A DNA stretch of 64,000 nucleotides from contig JBBCJC010000003.1 of the NCBI GenBank assembly GCA_037189525.1, forward strand, positions 288,001 through 352,000. Direction: 5' to 3'. Below the pieces are notes generated by a model. The model was not told where the DNA came from, ran no database searches, and saw only the letters and a list, made by a program, of their open reading frames with translations. A program made the position numbers and the translations under genes. Positions 39,861 to 49,068 of this stretch are shown piece by piece (position 1 is the first letter of the stretch; each line of letters starts with the position of its first letter). The DNA comes from Gemmatimonadales bacterium. Lineage in GTDB: Bacteria > Gemmatimonadota > Gemmatimonadetes > Gemmatimonadales > GWC2-71-9.

Positions 39861-39998
39861 CGGTGATGTACTCCCTCCGTGTCGGTCAGGGGCGGAACTG
39901 TGCCCTCGCGAGCAGCGCGAATCCGCGTTCGTCATACGACCTCCGGGCACTCCGCGGACGCTGATAGATTTGCACCCGTCATACGCACGGGGCTTGCT

Positions 39999-40922
39999 GT
40001 GGATCCGATTTGTCATACCCTCGCCGGCGGTGCGCTGGCCCAGACCGGCCTGCGATCACTGACCACCCGGGCAACCATCACGTTGGTCCTTGCGGCCAAC
40101 ATCCCGGATATCGATATCATCGCGGCGTTCCTGGGCCGCAACCTCGAATTGCGGCGCGGCCTGACCCATGGCGTGCCCGCCCTGCTCATCTGGCCGTTCA
40201 TCGTTGCCGCTTTGATTTTACTCTACGATCGCTGGCGTGCCAAACCCGGGGAGGATCGGGCCTCGTATCGCGGTCTCCTGATCCTGGCGGCGATTGGTAC
40301 GGTCTCCCATCCCTTTCTGGATTTTCTGAACAGCTACGGCATGCGGTGGCTGATGCCGATCGTCAACCGCTGGTACTATGGCGATACGCTCTTCATCATC
40401 GACATCTGGATGTATCTCATCCTGGGCTCGGGCTGGTGGCTCGCCTCGCGGGCCAGGCGTAAGGGCCTGCCTCGCCCGGCGCGGGTGGCGCATCGGGCGG
40501 TCGGCGCGGCGGCGCTTTACATCGCGCTCATGTCGGGTACGACCTGGATCGGTCGCCGGGCGGCCAGAGCGGAGTTTGGAGAAACCAGGCGATTGATGGT
40601 GGCGGCCGTGCCGATCAATCCGTTCGTCAAACAGGTCATCGCGGACTACGGCGACCGGTTAGTCGTGGGCACCGTGCGATTGCTCCCGACGCCGACCGTG
40701 CAGCGGGATCGCGAAGTCGTGCGCGACCCGCTCTTTCCGGCCGCGATCCTGGCGGCGGCGCGAACCCGGGAAGGGCGCGCCTTTCTCAGCTGGGCGCGCT
40801 TCCCGGCCGCCGTCTCACTTGGTGCGGACGATCAGGTGCGCATCTACGACCTGCGCTATTCGGACGGCGCCGAGCCTTCGTGGGCCAGCGTTACCGTCCA
40901 ATGGAGTCTGGGCGGGATATAG
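39999..40922 (+). CDS. Membrane metal-dependent hydrolase (YdjM-like)
   Basis: MDPICH, PDID, RRGLTH, SHPFLD..NSYG motifs. Confidence 0.85.
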   Translation: MDPICHTLAGGALAQTGLRSLTTRATITLVLAANIPDIDIIAAFLGRNLELRRGLTHGVPALLIWPFIVAALILLYDRWRAKPGEDRASYRGLLILAAIGTVSHPFLDFLNSYGMRWLMPIVNRWYYGDTLFIIDIWMYLILGSGWWLASRARRKGLPRPARVAHRAVGAAALYIALMSGTTWIGRRAARAEFGETRRLMVAAVPINPFVKQVIADYGDRLVVGTVRLLPTPTVQRDREVVRDPLFPAAILAAARTREGRAFLSWARFPAAVSLGADDQVRIYDLRYSDGAEPSWASVTVQWSLGGI

Positions 40923-41844
40923 CGCGAATGAGGCGGTCGAGCGCCGTGTGCGCATCGCGCGCGGCGCGTTCGGCGCTGGCAGCGGAAACCCAGGCGAATC
41001 GAATGCTCCCGCCGAGTGGCTGCTGGGCAAAACGGTCGAGATCGGCGCCGATGACTGCACCGATCTTGGGATACCCGCCGACTGTCGGTCCATCGTGCAG
41101 AATCACGATCGGCTGGCCATCGTCGGGGATCTGGATCGCCCCGAGGCAGGTGCCTTCCGAGGGCAGCGTCGCGCGGATCGATGCGCGAACGGCCGGCCCG
41201 GCCAGTCGTGACCCCATCCGGTCGGATTGCGGCAGGAGGCGATAGGGCGCCGCGGTGAGCGCTGCCGCCGCATTACCGTCGAACCACTGATCATGTCCGG
41301 CGCCGGTGATTCGGATCGGCTCTTCGACCGACCCACCCAACGGCTTGGCGGCAGTCCCGGTCGGTGGTGGCGCACTTGCCTCGCCCAGCGGCAGGACATC
41401 GTCGCGGCGGAGCCCGCGGCCCTGCCACCCGCCGAGTCCCGTCGGCAGATAGGTAGCTCGGCTGCCCAGTAGTTCCGGAACCGCCAGTCCGCCCGACACC
41501 GCGAGATAGCAGAACCGTCCCTGCGGACCTGGCGTGAGCCGGACCGGCGTTCCCGGAGCCAGCGCGACGGTGGTTGCCGGCGGCAACGACTCCGAGCCGC
41601 ATCGCCATTCGCCGATGGCTCCGGTCGCTGCGATGACTACCGGCCGGCTCGTCTCAATCTCGATCGGGCCGAGGGTGACTTCGATGCCCGCAGCCGTGGG
41701 GTCGTTGCCCACCAGGGCGTTCGCGATGCGCAGCGAGCGTTGATCGAGGGCGCCCGCGGGCGGCAGGCCGATCGATCGCTGGCTGACTCGGCCGAGGTCC
41801 TGAATCGTGGCGAGGCCCGAGACGCTGCGGATCCGAACGGTCAT
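40891..41844 (-). CDS. pxpC: 5-oxoprolinase subunit C (carboxyltransferase / allophanate hydrolase subunit 2 family)
   Basis: TIQDLGR, ANALVGN, SDRMG, GAIQIP.DGQPIV, TVGGYPKI. Confidence 0.88.
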   Translation of the reverse strand: MTVRIRSVSGLATIQDLGRVSQRSIGLPPAGALDQRSLRIANALVGNDPTAAGIEVTLGPIEIETSRPVVIAATGAIGEWRCGSESLPPATTVALAPGTPVRLTPGPQGRFCYLAVSGGLAVPELLGSRATYLPTGLGGWQGRGLRRDDVLPLGEASAPPPTGTAAKPLGGSVEEPIRITGAGHDQWFDGNAAAALTAAPYRLLPQSDRMGSRLAGPAVRASIRATLPSEGTCLGAIQIPDDGQPIVILHDGPTVGGYPKIGAVIGADLDRFAQQPLGGSIRFAWVSAASAERAARDAHTALDRLIRAISRPDSIGR

Positions 41845-42491
41845 GCGCCGATCGCCTCGAACCGGACCCGGTCGCCCACGGCCAGGAGCGCGGGCGGCTG
41901 CCGGTACGGATCGAACAACGCGAGGGAGGTCGTGCCGAGGATCAACCAGCCGCCAGGCGTTTCGGCCGGATACACGCCGGTCTGCGCACCGGCAATCGCC
42001 ACCGATCCCGCCGGAACCCGACTGCGCGGGGTCGCCCGGCGCGGCAGGACGAGGCGAGGATCGAGAGGTTCGAGGTATGCGAAGCCCGGCACGAACCCCA
42101 GCAGAGCCACCTGATATTCCGGCGCCGTGTGCCGATCGATGACCTCGGCGACAGAACACTCCGTCGCGCGCGCGACCTCCTCGAGATCCAACCCGTCGTA
42201 GCGGACCGGAATGATCACGGTCTGGCCGGGACGTTCGGCCGGGGTTGGCGGGGCCAGCGCGAGGAGGGTTGGAATCCGGTCGCGGAGGAGCGCGAAGGAC
42301 GTGTCGCGCGGATCATAGTGCACCACCAGGGACACATACCCGGGAACGATGTCCACGACCCCTGGAAGCTGGGCAGCCCGGAGGATCGACGCATGATGGC
42401 GGACCACGCCGTCGAGTCCGGGAACCACCTGCGTGCCGTACCGGATCACGAGCCCTGCGTCGCCGTGCGGAGCTAAGCGCGGCCGTGTCAG
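41841..42491 (-). CDS. pxpB: 5-oxoprolinase subunit B (KipI-like)
   Basis: PHGDAGLV N-terminal motif (needs a CTG start at 42491), IPVRY, GFVPGFAYL, TPGGW. Confidence 0.85.
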   Translation of the reverse strand: MTRPRLAPHGDAGLVIRYGTQVVPGLDGVVRHHASILRAAQLPGVVDIVPGYVSLVVHYDPRDTSFALLRDRIPTLLALAPPTPAERPGQTVIIPVRYDGLDLEEVARATECSVAEVIDRHTAPEYQVALLGFVPGFAYLEPLDPRLVLPRRATPRSRVPAGSVAIAGAQTGVYPAETPGGWLILGTTSLALFDPYRQPPALLAVGDRVRFEAIGA

Positions 42492-43249
42492 GGTGCGAAT
42501 GGCGCGACCTCTATCCCTAAGACGTCGAGGCGCTCGCGAATGGCGCGCAGCACCGCGACCGCTGCGGAGCCGTCGCCATGGACGCAGAGTGAATCGGGGC
42601 GGACGATCCGGCGGGTGCCGTCGGTCGCGATGACGTACCGATCGGTGATCATCCGGACGGCGCGTTCCACCATGGCGGGAATGTCGACCAGCACCGCGCC
42701 CGGCTGATCGCGCGGCACCAGGCGTCCGTCCGGTCGGTAGGCACGATCGACGAAGGCCTCGCGCGCGACGGTGACACCCTCCGCTTCGGCCGTAGTCAGC
42801 ATCGTGGTTCCATCCAGACCGAGCAGGACCAGATCGGGGTCGACGCTACGAATGGCGCGCGCCACGGCGCGGGCGGCGTTGTCGTCACGGGCGGCGCGGT
42901 TGTAGAGCGCGCCATGCGGTTTGACGTAGCGGAGCCGCGCGCCGTGCACGGTGCAGAACGCGGCCAGGGCGCCCACCTGGTAGATGACGTACGCTTCGAT
43001 TTCTTCGGTGGAGGCGTCGAGATCGCGGCGGCCGAATCCCTGGAGATCGGGGTACCCGGGATGCGCACCGATCGCGACCCGGCGGGCCGTGGCGCGGGAG
43101 ACGGTTTCCCGCATCACGATGGGGTCGCCGGCGTGGAAGCCGCAGGCGACGTTGGCGGAACTCACCAGACTCAACAACTCGGCGTCGGCGCTCAGACGAT
43201 AGCGTCCGAAGCCTTCGCCCAGATCGGCATTGAGGTCGATCGTGGTCAC
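42488..43249 (-). CDS. pxpA: 5-oxoprolinase subunit A (LamB/YcsF family)
   Basis: GTG 43249; DLNADLGEG, ANVACGFHAGDP, KPHGALYN, CVHGD. Confidence 0.92.
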   Translation of the reverse strand: MTTIDLNADLGEGFGRYRLSADAELLSLVSSANVACGFHAGDPIVMRETVSRATARRVAIGAHPGYPDLQGFGRRDLDASTEEIEAYVIYQVGALAAFCTVHGARLRYVKPHGALYNRAARDDNAARAVARAIRSVDPDLVLLGLDGTTMLTTAEAEGVTVAREAFVDRAYRPDGRLVPRDQPGAVLVDIPAMVERAVRMITDRYVIATDGTRRIVRPDSLCVHGDGSAAVAVLRAIRERLDVLGIEVAPFAP

Positions 43250-43929
43250 ATCGAGTCGGGAGGCGTCACCGCCGGCCGGACGATCCGGAACGCAAAATTC
43301 TGCTGGACCCATTGGCGAACCGGCCTGTTGGCCTGGATCGCCGGGCGGAAGTACATCGCCGCGAGCGCATTGCGGACCGAGTTGGTGAACTCGGGGTGAG
43401 TCGACTGAATCACCCGAATCGACATGCTGTCGACCCGCCCGGTCGAATCCACGACGTAGTTCACGAAGGTGGTGCCTTCCACGTTGTTGGCGAGCAGTTG
43501 AGCCGGATAGATCGGCGCGGCACTCCGCGGATCCCGGACCACCGCCGAATCCACCTCGATTTCCGTCAGGGCGGTTTCCGCTTCGATCAGCGCGCCCGGC
43601 GGCAGCTCCGAGGGCAGGGGATTGAGCAACTCACCCGGCGGACCGAGCGGAATGGTTGCTTCGGGTTCCGCATGGGCCAACGCCTCCTCCGTCGCGCCCG
43701 ACTGCTCCACCAGACCGGACCAGTCGACGCCACCGGCCCCCGCCGAACCGCCGGGGCGATCGGGTGCAATGAAGAAGGTAACCAGCTGATCGAGTCGGTT
43801 CACTTCGTTCGACTCCGCGCTCCGGGGCAGGACCAGTGGCGACACCACCAGCGCGTGGAGTACCAGGCTTGCCGTCGCGCCTACGTCCCAAGGACGCGCG
43901 GACGGCGGAAGCAAGCAAAATTCGGCCAT
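43246..43929 (-). CDS. TonB-family energy transducer (TonB_C domain)
   Basis: SLVLH TM anchor; PIYP....VEG....YVVDSTG, FRPA...RPV. Confidence 0.82.
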   Translation of the reverse strand: MAEFCLLPPSARPWDVGATASLVLHALVVSPLVLPRSAESNEVNRLDQLVTFFIAPDRPGGSAGAGGVDWSGLVEQSGATEEALAHAEPEATIPLGPPGELLNPLPSELPPGALIEAETALTEIEVDSAVVRDPRSAAPIYPAQLLANNVEGTTFVNYVVDSTGRVDSMSIRVIQSTHPEFTNSVRNALAAMYFRPAIQANRPVRQWVQQNFAFRIVRPAVTPPDSM

Positions 43930-44018
43930 GGACGAAGTCCTCAGCGTCAACACTATGTAACCTATCCTGACGGGGGCAAGGGGGACCGGGTTTCGCCACG
44001 GTTATTTCCGACAGTTAG

Positions 44019-44053
44019 TTTTATTTGACAAATAAAAGTATATCTCCTAGTGT
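44019..44053 (+). promoter_or_regulatory. Sigma-70 promoter with overlapping MarR operator
   Basis: TTGACA (44025-44030)-N17-TAGTGT (44048-44053); palindrome TTTTATTTG-A-CAAATAAAA (44019-44037). Confidence 0.75.
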
Positions 44054-44059
44054 TGATGC

Positions 44060-44539
44060 ATGGTTCGTGATGCCGTCGCCCAACTGATGACTGCGTACCC
44101 GGTGCTGTACCACGCCCTGCGGCAACGCGAGCAGGTCGGGCGGGGCGGAGCGCGGGTCAGTGCGCATCAGGCCACCGTGCTGGCGCACCTCAGCGCGGAG
44201 GCGGGCCAAACCCTCACCGAGCTGGCCACGGCGCTCGGCGTCGCGCTGCCGACCATGTCGTTGCTGATGGATCGGTTGGTGCGCGCTGGGCTGGTGCTCC
44301 GCGAGCGCGACCCGGTCGACGGCCGGCGGGTGGCGCTCCGGTTGACGGAGGCCGGGGCCTCGATCGTTCAGGGCCAGTCGATGCTCGATCCGGGCCGGGT
44401 TCGGGCGCTACTGGCCACTCTATCGGCCCGGGAGCGGGCGGCGGGTGTGGAAGGGCTCATCACCTTGGCGCGAGCTGCGCGCCGCATGGCGGACGGGGCG
44501 GCCGAGTCGCCGCCGTCCTCGAAGCGAGGTGGTACATGA
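44060..44539 (+). CDS. MarR-family transcriptional regulator
   Basis: TLTELA..LGV..PTMS..MDRLV..GLV.R..DP.DGR...L.LTEAG. Confidence 0.9.
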   Translation: MVRDAVAQLMTAYPVLYHALRQREQVGRGGARVSAHQATVLAHLSAEAGQTLTELATALGVALPTMSLLMDRLVRAGLVLRERDPVDGRRVALRLTEAGASIVQGQSMLDPGRVRALLATLSARERAAGVEGLITLARAARRMADGAAESPPSSKRGGT

Positions 44540-45114
44540 CGAGGTCCTATATGAATCGTCGTCAACGTCGCCGGCGGGCCAGGATGATGCGTATCCTGGC
44601 ACTGCTGCCGTTACTCGCGGCCGTCGGGTTGTGGGGAGTGGGGTCCCGGCTTTCTCCCCGCCACGTCGAGGAATCCGTGGCCTGGATCCCGGCGTCTCCG
44701 GAATCGGTCTGGCTGGTGTTGACCGACCTGGATGGCATGCCGTCCTGGCGCCGCGACCTGACCAGCGTGGAGCGGCTGCCCAACGGGCCGCGAGCGGAAC
44801 TGATCCGCTGGCGTGAAGTGAGCGCCGGTGGGCGGCAGACCGCGATGGAGCGTCTGGAAGCGCTGCCGCCGGAGCGGCTCGTGATCCGGCCTGCCGGCGC
44901 GGCAGACTCGACGCGCCGGTGGGTCTACCGGCTGGCGCCCAAGGATCAGGGAACGGAAGTGGTGCTGCGTGACGAGCGCGACGTCGCACACCCCGTGCGC
45001 CGAGTCTTGGTGGGCATCTTCGGAGCCGATCGCTCGCGGATCGAGGGGTTGGCGGAAGATCTCGAGCGCCGTCTCGTCGGGCGGGCCGGTCAGCTGGCGG
45101 CGCGCGGCCTCTGA
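44536..45114 (+). CDS. SRPBCC/START-like domain protein with N-terminal TM
   Basis: IPASPESVW..LTD...MPSW, LEALPPERLV, W.Y.L....GT.V. Confidence 0.75.
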   Translation: MTRSYMNRRQRRRRARMMRILALLPLLAAVGLWGVGSRLSPRHVEESVAWIPASPESVWLVLTDLDGMPSWRRDLTSVERLPNGPRAELIRWREVSAGGRQTAMERLEALPPERLVIRPAGAADSTRRWVYRLAPKDQGTEVVLRDERDVAHPVRRVLVGIFGADRSRIEGLAEDLERRLVGRAGQLAARGL

Positions 45115-45124
45115 GGCTCGCCGG

Positions 45125-45424
45125 TCACCTCTCGCCGGGCGCCGGGATCTGACCGCAGAGGATCAGGGCGCGCTCGCGGTAGATCTCGATCAGGTCGAAG
45201 TGTGGCGTCCGGCTCCGGTGGAACCATTCGTCGCGGCAGCCCAGCAAGCGGGCTGCCCGGAAGAGCGCCGGTTCGTCTTGCGCGAGCAGGTGGCAGGTGA
45301 GCCGGCCGCGGAAGCGGAAGATGTTCTCGTGTACGGCAATTCCGCCGGAGTCGGCCCAGAGACGTGCTGCCACTACCTCGCGTGACCTGAAGTAGCGCCA
45401 TTCGGTCACGCGCGATTCACTCAT
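45125..45424 (-). CDS. DUF4031-like small protein
   Basis: CHLL..D...L...A..LG....WF.....PHFDL....R..AL pattern; overlaps the arfB stop. Confidence 0.65.
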   Translation of the reverse strand: MSESRVTEWRYFRSREVVAARLWADSGGIAVHENIFRFRGRLTCHLLAQDEPALFRAARLLGCRDEWFHRSRTPHFDLIEIYRERALILCGQIPAPGER

Positions 45425-45836
45425 CGGGACCGGGCCGGCGGCGCTGGCGTTTGGTGTCGCCGCGTTTCCGCTTGGTGGCCAGACGCCGGAGCTTCTCGCT
45501 TCGCGGTACTCGTGTCGCGTGCCTGACGCGGGGTGGCCGGCGTGCCTGGTCGACCAGTTCCGTCATCCGCGCTTCGGCCGCAATGCGATTGTGGAACTGG
45601 CTCCGCGAATCGCTGGCGACGATCCGGAGCCATCCGTCGTCGTCGATCCGGCCGCGCAGAATTTCGAGGACGCGGGCCTGTTCGTCGTCGTCGAGCGCCT
45701 TGGTGGTGCGCACGTTCCATCGGAGCTCGACCCGGGTCGAACTGGTATTGACGTGCTGGCCGCCCGGGCCGCCGGATCGGCTGGCACGGAACTCGAGTTC
45801 GTCAGGCGGAATCCGAAACTCCGGCGGTTGCATCAT
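45417..45836 (-). CDS. arfB: Alternative ribosome-rescue peptidyl-tRNA hydrolase ArfB
   Basis: RSGGPGGQHVN, RSQFHNR, basic C-terminal tail RRLATKRKRG..K..R. Confidence 0.92.
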   Translation of the reverse strand: MMQPPEFRIPPDELEFRASRSGGPGGQHVNTSSTRVELRWNVRTTKALDDDEQARVLEILRGRIDDDGWLRIVASDSRSQFHNRIAAEARMTELVDQARRPPRVRHATRVPRSEKLRRLATKRKRGDTKRQRRRPGPDE

Positions 45837-45941
45837 CGAAGTATAGGGGTGCGGTCCCGGGGGAGGGAAACGTGTTTCCCGAACTCCGGCGGACCGTTAC
45901 GTTTCGGACTGGGACTGTATCAGGGTCGACGTCAGGGGACT

Positions 45942-46493
45942 ATGCGACTTTTCATGGCTGTACCACTGCCGCCCGAGGCGGAGCGCGCGACGGTCGAGAC
46001 GATGCGTCGGCTCAAAACGGCCAACTGGCCGGTTCGCTGGGTCGGGGAGGACGGTTTGCATGTCACCCTCAAATTTTTTGGCGAAGTCACGCGCGATCGG
46101 GTCGACGCCTTGGCCGAGTTGCTGGAGCGTTCGACGCGGGACATGGCGCCCGTCGGGATGTCGTTGACCGGGCTCGGCTGTTTTCCGAACACGGCGCGGC
46201 CGAAAGTGCTGTATTCGGAAGCCGAAGCCGAGTCGGGGTTGGAGCTGTTGCAGGATCGGATCGAGCGCGGGGCCGATCAGTTGGGCTTTCCGCCGGAAGG
46301 TCGTCCCTTTCGTCCGCATGTGACACTCGGCAGGGTACGGGAAGGGCATCGGCTGCCCAGCGGCTGGCACGAGGTGGCGGCGGACATACCGCCGGTGGAG
46401 CCGTTTCTGGTCGATCGGGTGGTACTGTTCGAGAGTGAACTGGGCGACGGTGCGCCGCGGTACGTGCCGCGCGCCGAGGCGCGGTTGGCCTGA
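45942..46493 (+). CDS. thpR: RNA 2',3'-cyclic phosphodiesterase (2H family)
   Basis: MRLFMA; two HxT motifs LHVTLKF and FRPHVTLGR. Confidence 0.9.
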   Translation: MRLFMAVPLPPEAERATVETMRRLKTANWPVRWVGEDGLHVTLKFFGEVTRDRVDALAELLERSTRDMAPVGMSLTGLGCFPNTARPKVLYSEAEAESGLELLQDRIERGADQLGFPPEGRPFRPHVTLGRVREGHRLPSGWHEVAADIPPVEPFLVDRVVLFESELGDGAPRYVPRAEARLA

Positions 46494-47131
46494 TGCTCGG
46501 CTGCCTTTCTCTTCCGGCTCGTCTGCTCGGCGCGGCGCTGGTAATCGGCGCCGGCTATCTCGCGTGGCACAATCAGGATGCGATCCGGCGCTGGATTCAT
46601 CGGGCAACGGCCGAGACGCCGCGGCCCGTGGAAGCGGTTGCTCCGGAGGCCCGTAAGGCGCGCATCGTGGCCCGGTTCGATTCCCTGGCGACACGGCGCC
46701 TCGATTCTGTCAAGCTGAGCGAAGTCGATGTCGAAACGCTGGTGGCCGACGAGCTGACCCGCCAGGCGCGGGGGTACGCCGACAGCCTGCGGATCGAATT
46801 CGGCAACGGCACGGTGGCGGTGCGTGCGCAGGTCGACGCCGACCGCCTACCGCCCGGCGCGCTCGGTGCGCTGTCGGAATGGATCAAGGGACGGCAGACC
46901 GTCGAAGTTCGCGGCGGGCTGGGCCTGCTCCGGCTCGGCTCGGCCGAATGGCGGATCGAGCAGGTCCTGGTCCGTGGGGTGCCGCTGCCCAAGGCGCTGT
47001 GGGAGAAATACATCGGCGTCCTGGTGGCGGGGGCCTCGTCGTCGCTGGTCTTCCCGGTCGATGACTGGATCACCGGCCTTCGGGTCGCACCCGGTTCGCT
47101 GACGCTCTACGGGCGCGGGGTGCAGCGATGA
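46493..47131 (+). CDS. Hypothetical membrane-anchored protein
   Basis: TGATG overlap; N-terminal TM; fills the operon gap. Confidence 0.7.
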   Translation: MLGCLSLPARLLGAALVIGAGYLAWHNQDAIRRWIHRATAETPRPVEAVAPEARKARIVARFDSLATRRLDSVKLSEVDVETLVADELTRQARGYADSLRIEFGNGTVAVRAQVDADRLPPGALGALSEWIKGRQTVEVRGGLGLLRLGSAEWRIEQVLVRGVPLPKALWEKYIGVLVAGASSSLVFPVDDWITGLRVAPGSLTLYGRGVQR

Positions 47132-48489
47132 AGCCCAAGGTCCTGGTCATCGATGACGAGACGGGGGTGCGCGAAGCACTCCGTCAGGTGCTCGACTACG
47201 AGGGGATGGACGTTCGCTTGGCGGCGTCGGGCGGAGAGGGCCTCACGCTCTTCGAGTCGTTCGAACCGCATGTCGTGCTGCTCGACGTCAAGATGGCGGG
47301 ACTCGATGGTCTCGAGGTCCTGTCGCGGCTCCGGGTGGTCGATCCGGCGGCCACGGTGGTCATGATCTCGGGTCATGCGACGATTGCGACTGCCGTCGAA
47401 GCGACCCAGCAGGGCGCCTTCGACTTCCTCGAAAAGCCGCTCGACACCGATCGGTTGCTGGTGACGCTGCGCAACGCCATGGCGCACATCTCGCTCGCCG
47501 GCGAGAACGAGCGGCTCAAGGTCGCGCTCGATACCAAGTATCCGATGGTCGGGTCGAGTGATGCCCTGCGGGGCGTCCGCGATCTGATTGCCCGGGTCGG
47601 ACCGACCGATGCGCGGGTCCTCATTACGGGAGAAAACGGCACGGGTAAGGAACTGGTGGCGCGCGCGATCCACGAGGCGTCACCGCGCCGAGACCGGACC
47701 TTCGTCGAGGTCAACTGCGCCGCCATTCCGACCGAACTGATCGAGAGCGAACTGTTTGGCCATATGAAGGGCAGCTTTACCGGGGCGGTCAACGATCGGC
47801 CCGGCAAGTTCGAACTGGCCGACGGCGGGACCCTGTTCCTCGATGAGATCGGGGACATGTCGCTTTCTGCGCAGGCCAAGGTGCTGCGGGTATTGCAGGA
47901 GGGCGTGGTGACCCGGATCGGCTCGGCCCGATCGAGCGAGGTCGACGTGCGCGTGCTGGCGGCTACCAATAAACTGCTCGAAACGGAGATTGCTGAAGGG
48001 CGATTCCGCGAAGACCTCTTCTACCGGCTCAACGTGGTGCCGATCCGGGTGCCGTCGCTGCGTGATCGGCGCGACGACATCGGAGAGCTGGTTGCGCATT
48101 TCGTCGAGCAGCTAGGCGGCCGCGCCGGGATGACGGCCAAGGTGTTTGCTCCGGAGGCGGTCGAGCGGCTCGAGACCCGCAGTTGGCCGGGCAACGTCCG
48201 GGAACTGCGGAACGCGGTCGAGCGGCTCCTGATCCTGTCGGGCCGGGTGGTGACGGCGGCGGATGTCGACCGCCTGTTGCCGGGGTCGGTGAGTCAGCCG
48301 CTCGAGGTCCCGGAGGCCATCGAGGGCAGTTTCGAGAACTTCCGCCAGGATGCGGAGCGGCTCTTCCTGCTGCAGAAGTTGCGAGAGAACGACTGGAACG
48401 TGTCCGAAACGGCGCGGGCGCTGGCCATGCCGAGATCCAATCTTTACAAGAAAATCGAGAAGCATCAGCTAACGCGGGAGTCACGATGA
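47128..48489 (+). CDS. NtrC/NtrX-type response regulator (REC-AAA+-Fis HTH)
   Basis: VIDDE, LLDVKM, GENGTGKE, ESELFGH..GSFTGA, WPGNVREL. Confidence 0.92.
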   Translation: MKPKVLVIDDETGVREALRQVLDYEGMDVRLAASGGEGLTLFESFEPHVVLLDVKMAGLDGLEVLSRLRVVDPAATVVMISGHATIATAVEATQQGAFDFLEKPLDTDRLLVTLRNAMAHISLAGENERLKVALDTKYPMVGSSDALRGVRDLIARVGPTDARVLITGENGTGKELVARAIHEASPRRDRTFVEVNCAAIPTELIESELFGHMKGSFTGAVNDRPGKFELADGGTLFLDEIGDMSLSAQAKVLRVLQEGVVTRIGSARSSEVDVRVLAATNKLLETEIAEGRFREDLFYRLNVVPIRVPSLRDRRDDIGELVAHFVEQLGGRAGMTAKVFAPEAVERLETRSWPGNVRELRNAVERLLILSGRVVTAADVDRLLPGSVSQPLEVPEAIEGSFENFRQDAERLFLLQKLRENDWNVSETARALAMPRSNLYKKIEKHQLTRESR

Positions 48490-48950
48490 CGTCGAATCAG
48501 CCGCGCGACTGGGACAAAGAAATGGCGGAGATCGATAAGATCATTGCGCAGGCGCCGCCTCCGCAGGTCGGGAGCGGTAGTGCGGCTCCGGCTGCGCGTT
48601 CTGCGCCGGCGCCGACACGCGCGCAGGCGCCTGCCGCATCATCCGTCGTCGGGCGCGGCGCGCGGTTCTCCACCTGGCTCCGGGTCGGGCTCGGTGTTGC
48701 GCTGGCGGCCGCCATGACGCAGTGGCCCTACATTCATGCCTGCGGTGTGCCCTTGATGCTCTATCTGGGCGCCGTCGGGGTGGTGCTGATCAGCGGCGCC
48801 TGGGGCATGGTCTCGAGCTGGCATCGCCGGATGGCTGCTGCGCACATCATCTCGCTTGCCGTGCTGATCTGGGGCGGTATTCTGCTGGCCGCGACGCTGC
48901 TGCCCCGTGTGGGGTACGCAGGGCAGGTCGCCACCTGGTTCTGTTCCTGA
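48486..48950 (+). CDS. Hypothetical membrane protein
   Basis: ATGA overlap; RDWDKEMAEIDK N-terminus, 3 TM, WPY...CG motif. Confidence 0.72.
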   Translation: MTSNQPRDWDKEMAEIDKIIAQAPPPQVGSGSAAPAARSAPAPTRAQAPAASSVVGRGARFSTWLRVGLGVALAAAMTQWPYIHACGVPLMLYLGAVGVVLISGAWGMVSSWHRRMAAAHIISLAVLIWGGILLAATLLPRVGYAGQVATWFCS

Positions 48951-49068
48951 CCCCTCGCCCGGTGGTCCGGGGTTGGCCGAGCCGCGGAATCGACTAGCTT
49001 GCGCATGATCGCAGACGGCCGATTCGTCCGGTCACCACCGGTTCACCTTCTTTCTGACGCAGACTTCG

